The notes below the pieces were generated by a model. It was not told the DNA's origin. It saw only the letters and a list, made by a program, of their open reading frames with translations, and did not search any database. Source: an uncultured Gemmatimonadales bacterium (GTDB lineage Bacteria; Gemmatimonadota; Gemmatimonadetes; Longimicrobiales; Gaopeijiaceae). From it: a stretch of 64,000 bases of DNA. Within the stretch, counting starts at the first letter, position 1; every line of letters begins with the position of its first letter. Shown here piece by piece: positions 59,831 through 64,000 of this stretch. The stretch lies in assembly GCA_963809895.1 (NCBI GenBank), contig CAWELD010000010.1:1164862-1228861 (forward strand), given 5' to 3'. A program made the translations under genes and the position numbers.

Positions 59831-61190
59831 CTACGACGGCCATAGGCCGGCGAAGAACGGCTCCATCTCATCCCAGGCATCGCGGAGAGCGCCCAAATCC
59901 GGGTTGGTCCGGTGGTTGTGGACCCATTCATGAAAAGTGACAACGGCGGCGGCGAAGAAGCGGCTGGAGTCGGCATTCAACTCGACCATCTTTCGCGTAG
60001 CCTCGTTGATCTTCCCCTCTTCTTCGAGCTTCTGAGCTGCGGCCTTCATCTTCTTCGCGAGCACCCAGCTCCGATGGGCGATCCCATGCCGTTCGTTATA
60101 GTGGTCAACGCTCAATTCGAGAAAGACGCGAAACAACACTGCCGCCGCGTTCGTGTAGGACTTGGCATCCAACTCACGCAGTTCTCGGAGAATGTCCGCG
60201 GGTCGCTTGGGCATCCCCCTTGGCTTGAATGTGGGTGGGATGACGGTCCGTCGCTTGGAGTAATCTGGGGGGGTGGGCTTCGTGGGGGGGGCTCGATGTC
60301 GAGTGCTTCTTGGGTGGGCGCGTCACGTGTTGCCCGGCAAGCGGGACTGGCTGAGCCAGGCGTTGTTTGGGGTCGGGGAAGATCCCGCCGCTTGAAGGCC
60401 CCAACGTATGCTTCAATCGCCGTAGCTTTGTTGAGAGAACGCGAGTTCCACGGGTCGCCACGCTTTAGGTCCTCCACGAGGCGGGTCAACGGCTTCACGA
60501 TCTCATCGGCGGGGAACACCGAGTAGACATGGCCTTCCCGGATTTCGATTCCGAATCGCTTCCTGGCGTTCGGATTGTTGATTACGCGTTCGATGGTGGT
60601 CAGGACCCCGCGCCCGATCGCTGGGCCTCCGCGGAGAGGCCTCCGCTCGAGAGGACGAACTGCTCGACCTGTGTCCGGGGCGCTGGAACCTGATTGCCAT
60701 GTCGTGCCAAGTAGCGGTCCTGCCCGCCAGGTTTCCAAGACGAAAGGCCCTTGCCATCGTTCTTTCCCGTATGGCGGAGCGTGATCCAGTGGTTGAAGTC
60801 CTCAGGATCCTTCAGAACCACGCAGAATACCTCCTCGATGGGAGCTTTCACGAAAGCTCTATGCAGTCCGTCCAAGGTTCGGCGTTCGGCTGCGGATAGG
60901 ACCGGTGCCGCGCGCTGCGGTGACTCCAAGATCATGAGGGCGACGACACGTCGATTCCCTTCGAGCACAACGAACGCGTCATTCTGCTGTGGATGGGGCA
61001 CGACGCCGATCACGTCCAACGGGTTCAGGGCACCTTGTTCGACGATGTCGCTGGCGAGGTTCAGGATGTCCTGTCCCTCGGCGCGAAGCAGTGCGATGAG
61101 CGCTGCGTCCTGGTTTTCCTGCTCATCGTCCAGGCGCGCGTTCTGAATGTCCAAGCGAAGCTTTGACAGATCGATTGTCTCTCGCTTCAC
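59831..61190 (-). pseudogene. ParB/Srx-like N-domain plus HEPN-like C-domain protein, about three frameshifts
   Basis: LDIQNARL, VVLEGNRRVVAL, LRHTG..G.G...W; C-part RRTVIP, AAAVLFRVFLELSVD, FHEWVH; frame breaks near 60615, 60375, 60290. Confidence 0.65.
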
Positions 61191-61665
61191 CGCTCAACCC
61201 CCTGGGCGATGCCCTCCGTCGTCCCGAAGGCCGTCGTGCTAGGCTAGGACGATGAGTAGCTGGATCGTAGGCTGCGTATGAGGGGGCGTCGACAGTTCCG
61301 GGCTCGGGCGGGTAGCTTCGCAAGAGGGGCGTTGCGTCCCATCCAGCCATCCCCCAACACTGCGGCCGCCCGATGTTCAGGGCGGCCGTTCTCGTTTCCA
61401 GGGAGGTTCAGATGGTCGTCGACGTATGGGGCCCGTGGCGCTTCTCAGGCGGCGGAGGCGATGATCTCCGGAATCACTAACCGCCCAGGCCGGCGAGGAT
61501 CCCAGCGTTCCCGGGGGTCCAGCACGTTCCTGGCCGAAGGGAGAAAGCCTGGCGCGGCGACAGGCCCTTGAAGCTCCAGCCCCCAAGGGCTAGACCTCGT
61601 AGACCTGATACCTCGCCTGCTATGGATGGAGGGCAGCGAACCTCTCCCCATGCGACGGGATCGAC

Positions 61666-62004
61666 ATGCAGAACGGCATCAGCGACGGAGGAATCGGATT
61701 CATGGAGATGGGTGTGGAGGCCTGGGGCCGCGTGGCCGACGCGCTCGAAGGGGACTCCGGCATCGCGGAGCGCCTCGGGCTCGCCATCTGCGAGGCCTGT
61801 GGGGACATTCACCCGGCGGAGGAGCCGTGCCGCTATCTCTGTGCGTTCGGGTTCGGGCCGTTCGCCAACTCCGACCTGGAGCCGCTCCCGTGGGCCGGAT
61901 CACCATACGCCGCAACCCCGTCGAGGGACGCCCATGGATCTCGACGAAGGCCCATGAAGGGGATCAGCCCCCACTTGACTCCCGGAGCGCTCTCCCGCGC
62001 TTGA
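61666..62004 (+). CDS. Hypothetical small Cys/His protein
   Basis: CEACGDIH...C...C cluster; otherwise unsupported. Confidence 0.3.
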   Translation: MQNGISDGGIGFMEMGVEAWGRVADALEGDSGIAERLGLAICEACGDIHPAEEPCRYLCAFGFGPFANSDLEPLPWAGSPYAATPSRDAHGSRRRPMKGISPHLTPGALSRA

Positions 62005-62790
62005 GCAGGTCCGAGATCGCCTGCTCCTCGCCGACGGTGGCGACCTGTCGGATGCTGTCGATGGCGAGCTGTATGATCTGGATGGCGAACACCTCGGCCT
62101 CGTCGGCCCGGACGTAGTGCCGAACAGTCTCCATGAGCCGCCGCTCCTCCCGACGAAGCTTCCGCCCGTGCTCCTGGACCTCGCGAATCTGCTTCCACAC
62201 CCTTTCCTGTCGCCGTGCTTGATCCGCGACCGTGTCCAGCCGCCCTAGCGCTTCGGCGAGGCGGTGGGCATCCCTTTCTGCCCTGGCTTGCCGGATGTCC
62301 TTGAGGGCGTCACGAGTGCGCGCCCAGTACTCCACGGACGTTCCGTTGTCCAGCGTCTCCCATAGCTCGCGCTCGCGGGCGTCGTTCACGGCGATCCGGT
62401 CGCGGAGCGAGATGAGGTTGGGGTCCTCGAAGAGCTGCTCGGCCCGTTCCCTGATCTTGTCGGGGAGCCCGACGAAGCGACTCTCGCCGCCGTGCCGGAA
62501 GTGGGGGTTCGCGGGTCCGACCAACGAAGCGCCGCCATGGAGCTTGCAGCGCGTCATGCCTTCGGCGGGATAGCGGAGACAGGGTCGCTTCGGGCCCGGC
62601 CCGGGAAGTCCTTGCGCTTCTCCTTCGCCTTGGGGGAGCCACACACCTCGTGGCCTTGAAGTCCCGCCGCGTAGATCTCGTAGTCCTGCCAGGTGGAGAA
62701 CCCGTCCTGCTGGGCCCACGCGTCACGCCGGGCCGCGCGCTCTCCACGGGTCAGGGTGCCGCCGATGGGGAATACCTCAGAAGTGCTTGT
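61964..62790 (-). pseudogene. HGGxSTG-like (phage terminase small subunit-like) remnant
   Basis: C...RCKLHGGAS.GP.NP.FRHG..SR; a 5-bp CCGGG duplication near 62600 separates it from the upstream VCGSP frame, which has no start codon. Confidence 0.6.
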
Positions 62791-62898
62791 AATTTACCAG
62801 ATTCGGCTTATCTTTGGGTACGATAATGCGTGTTTACGTACCCTGGGACAACGCACGGGAGGTCGGAAGGGCACATGGTTGCAGGAGTGGATTGAGAG

Positions 62899-63582
62899 GT
62901 GTCCGTCGCCATTGCCCTGACCCTCCCGGACGGCGTCCTACTGCTCGCCGATGGTCGTCAGATTCGGACCGATGCAGGCTCCACTGTCCTCAGCGACAAG
63001 GTAGACAAGATCGTCCCGCTGCGACCCCGAGTTTTCGCTGTCCCATACGGGTTGGTCCCCGTGACAGAGGTAGTACTTGCGCACCTCCGGGCAGTCGTCG
63101 CGGACACGCTCGACCCCCGCACGCTCTACGAAGAGGCTCGGCAAGCGACAGTTAGGGCTGTGGAGGGACCTAGCGGGCCGGTTGGAGGGTGAAGACTGGA
63201 AGAACGACGCCCGATTCAAGGCGGGGGTGCTTGTCGGAGGACTCCTCGCGGGCCACCAGTTCTACTTTGCGACTCTGGGGGGTACGAGCGTGAACGAAGA
63301 CGGGGGAGTGCTAGAAATCGACCAAGTCGAGCGGCTCTCGGTGGTCGGGGACCACGGTGGGACAGAGAAGGCTCTCGCGGCGAGCTACAGTGCCGCGCTC
63401 TACGGCCTCAACTGGAGTGCCGAATGGGGCCCCACAACCTCGTCACGCGGAGGATCGTTGCTGTGGCTGCGCAGGCGATTGGCGACTTGGGGAGGCGCCG
63501 GCCAACGGTTGGCGGCACGATTCGGTACGTCCTGGTGCGGAAGCGCTTTCCGGTCGTTCTTGGCTCACTGGGGGTGTGCTGA
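62899..63582 (+). CDS. Proteasome-beta/HslV-like Ntn-hydrolase fold protein, two compensating frameshifts
   Basis: M-SVAIAL..PDGVLLLADGR...DKI; middle GVLVGG in the +1 frame; end PTVGGTIRYVLV back in the first frame, TGA at 63580-63582. Confidence 0.6.
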
Positions 63583-63953
63583 TGATTGCCACGATGCCCT
63601 TCGGGTTGCCCTACGCTGCCTTGGTGGGACCCGTGCTCAGGCCGGGTACGGCCCTGGCAGCCACTGCGGCTGCAGGTGTCGCCGGGGCTGGGCTCGTCAC
63701 CCGGCGTCGACAGCTCCGAGGGAAGACAGAGTGGGATCTTGCCCGCCGCCTACTTCGTCAGGCCTACCGGGTGCGCGACGAGTTGGCTCGGGTGCGGAAT
63801 CCGGCCGATGCTCGAGTGATGAGATTTCGGCGGCGTTCGAAGACGCAGGCGTTGAGCCCGAGGCTGGCGGCGGCTCGAGAAGCGGACCAACCGGTGGGTA
63901 TACAGCCGCCGCTGGGGAAGGCTGCAAGCTGTTGTCTCGGACCTCGATGTTGA
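63582..63953 (+). CDS. Hypothetical membrane-anchored protein, probably decayed
   Basis: TGATG overlap; hydrophobic stretch, then QLRGKTEWDLARRLLRQAYRVRD..ARVRNP. Confidence 0.45.
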   Translation: MIATMPFGLPYAALVGPVLRPGTALAATAAAGVAGAGLVTRRRQLRGKTEWDLARRLLRQAYRVRDELARVRNPADARVMRFRRRSKTQALSPRLAAAREADQPVGIQPPLGKAASCCLGPRC

Positions 63954-64000
63954 GGCGCTAGAAGCTGAGGTGCTCTGGGGAAGCGAGGCCTGTGAGGCGC

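Noticed and set aside
61200..61660. Gene or ncRNA between the ParB-like gene and the Cys-rich ORF
   Set aside because: Only short stop-interrupted frames and no recognisable structure

Overview
High-GC bacterial DNA (about 70% by eye). Gene content such as tandem ADOP-type permeases, DUF2911 and DUF885 lipoproteins suggests Gemmatimonadota, but this is an inference. Positions 1-53.1 kb are mostly core genome. They hold ABC permeases, greA, an AttEFGH-like ABC/lipocalin operon with a lipid kinase, an mhq-like dioxygenase/esterase pair, and a cytochrome c next to a Tat flavoprotein. A surface-polysaccharide cluster (14.8-23.8 kb) contains a decayed duplicate of wbaP. It is followed by a TetR-TolC-HlyD-ABC efflux operon, peptidases, an AAA-LuxR regulator, cysK, a solitary hypF and a PQQ-propeller lipoprotein. 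From about 53.1 kb to the end is a decaying genomic island or prophage remnant. It has a truncated Fic-family gene, a tRNA-Ala 5' half with integrase arm-type repeats (att-like site), nested IS3 elements and an internally deleted ISL3. It also carries a Wnt/SAA-like (DUF6973-type) lipoprotein with a partner lipoprotein, a ParB-like/HEPN-like gene paired with a Dam-type methylase, an HGGxSTG remnant and a proteasome-beta/Ntn-fold gene. Notable non-coding signals are a 20-codon sORF behind a 13-nt perfect Shine-Dalgarno with a terminator-like hairpin, a 41-bp tandem array, a 50-bp palindromic repeat in two copies and phased TACGTA boxes. Many frameshifts sit in homopolymers and may be sequencing errors. 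All product calls come from motif recognition; no searches were run.
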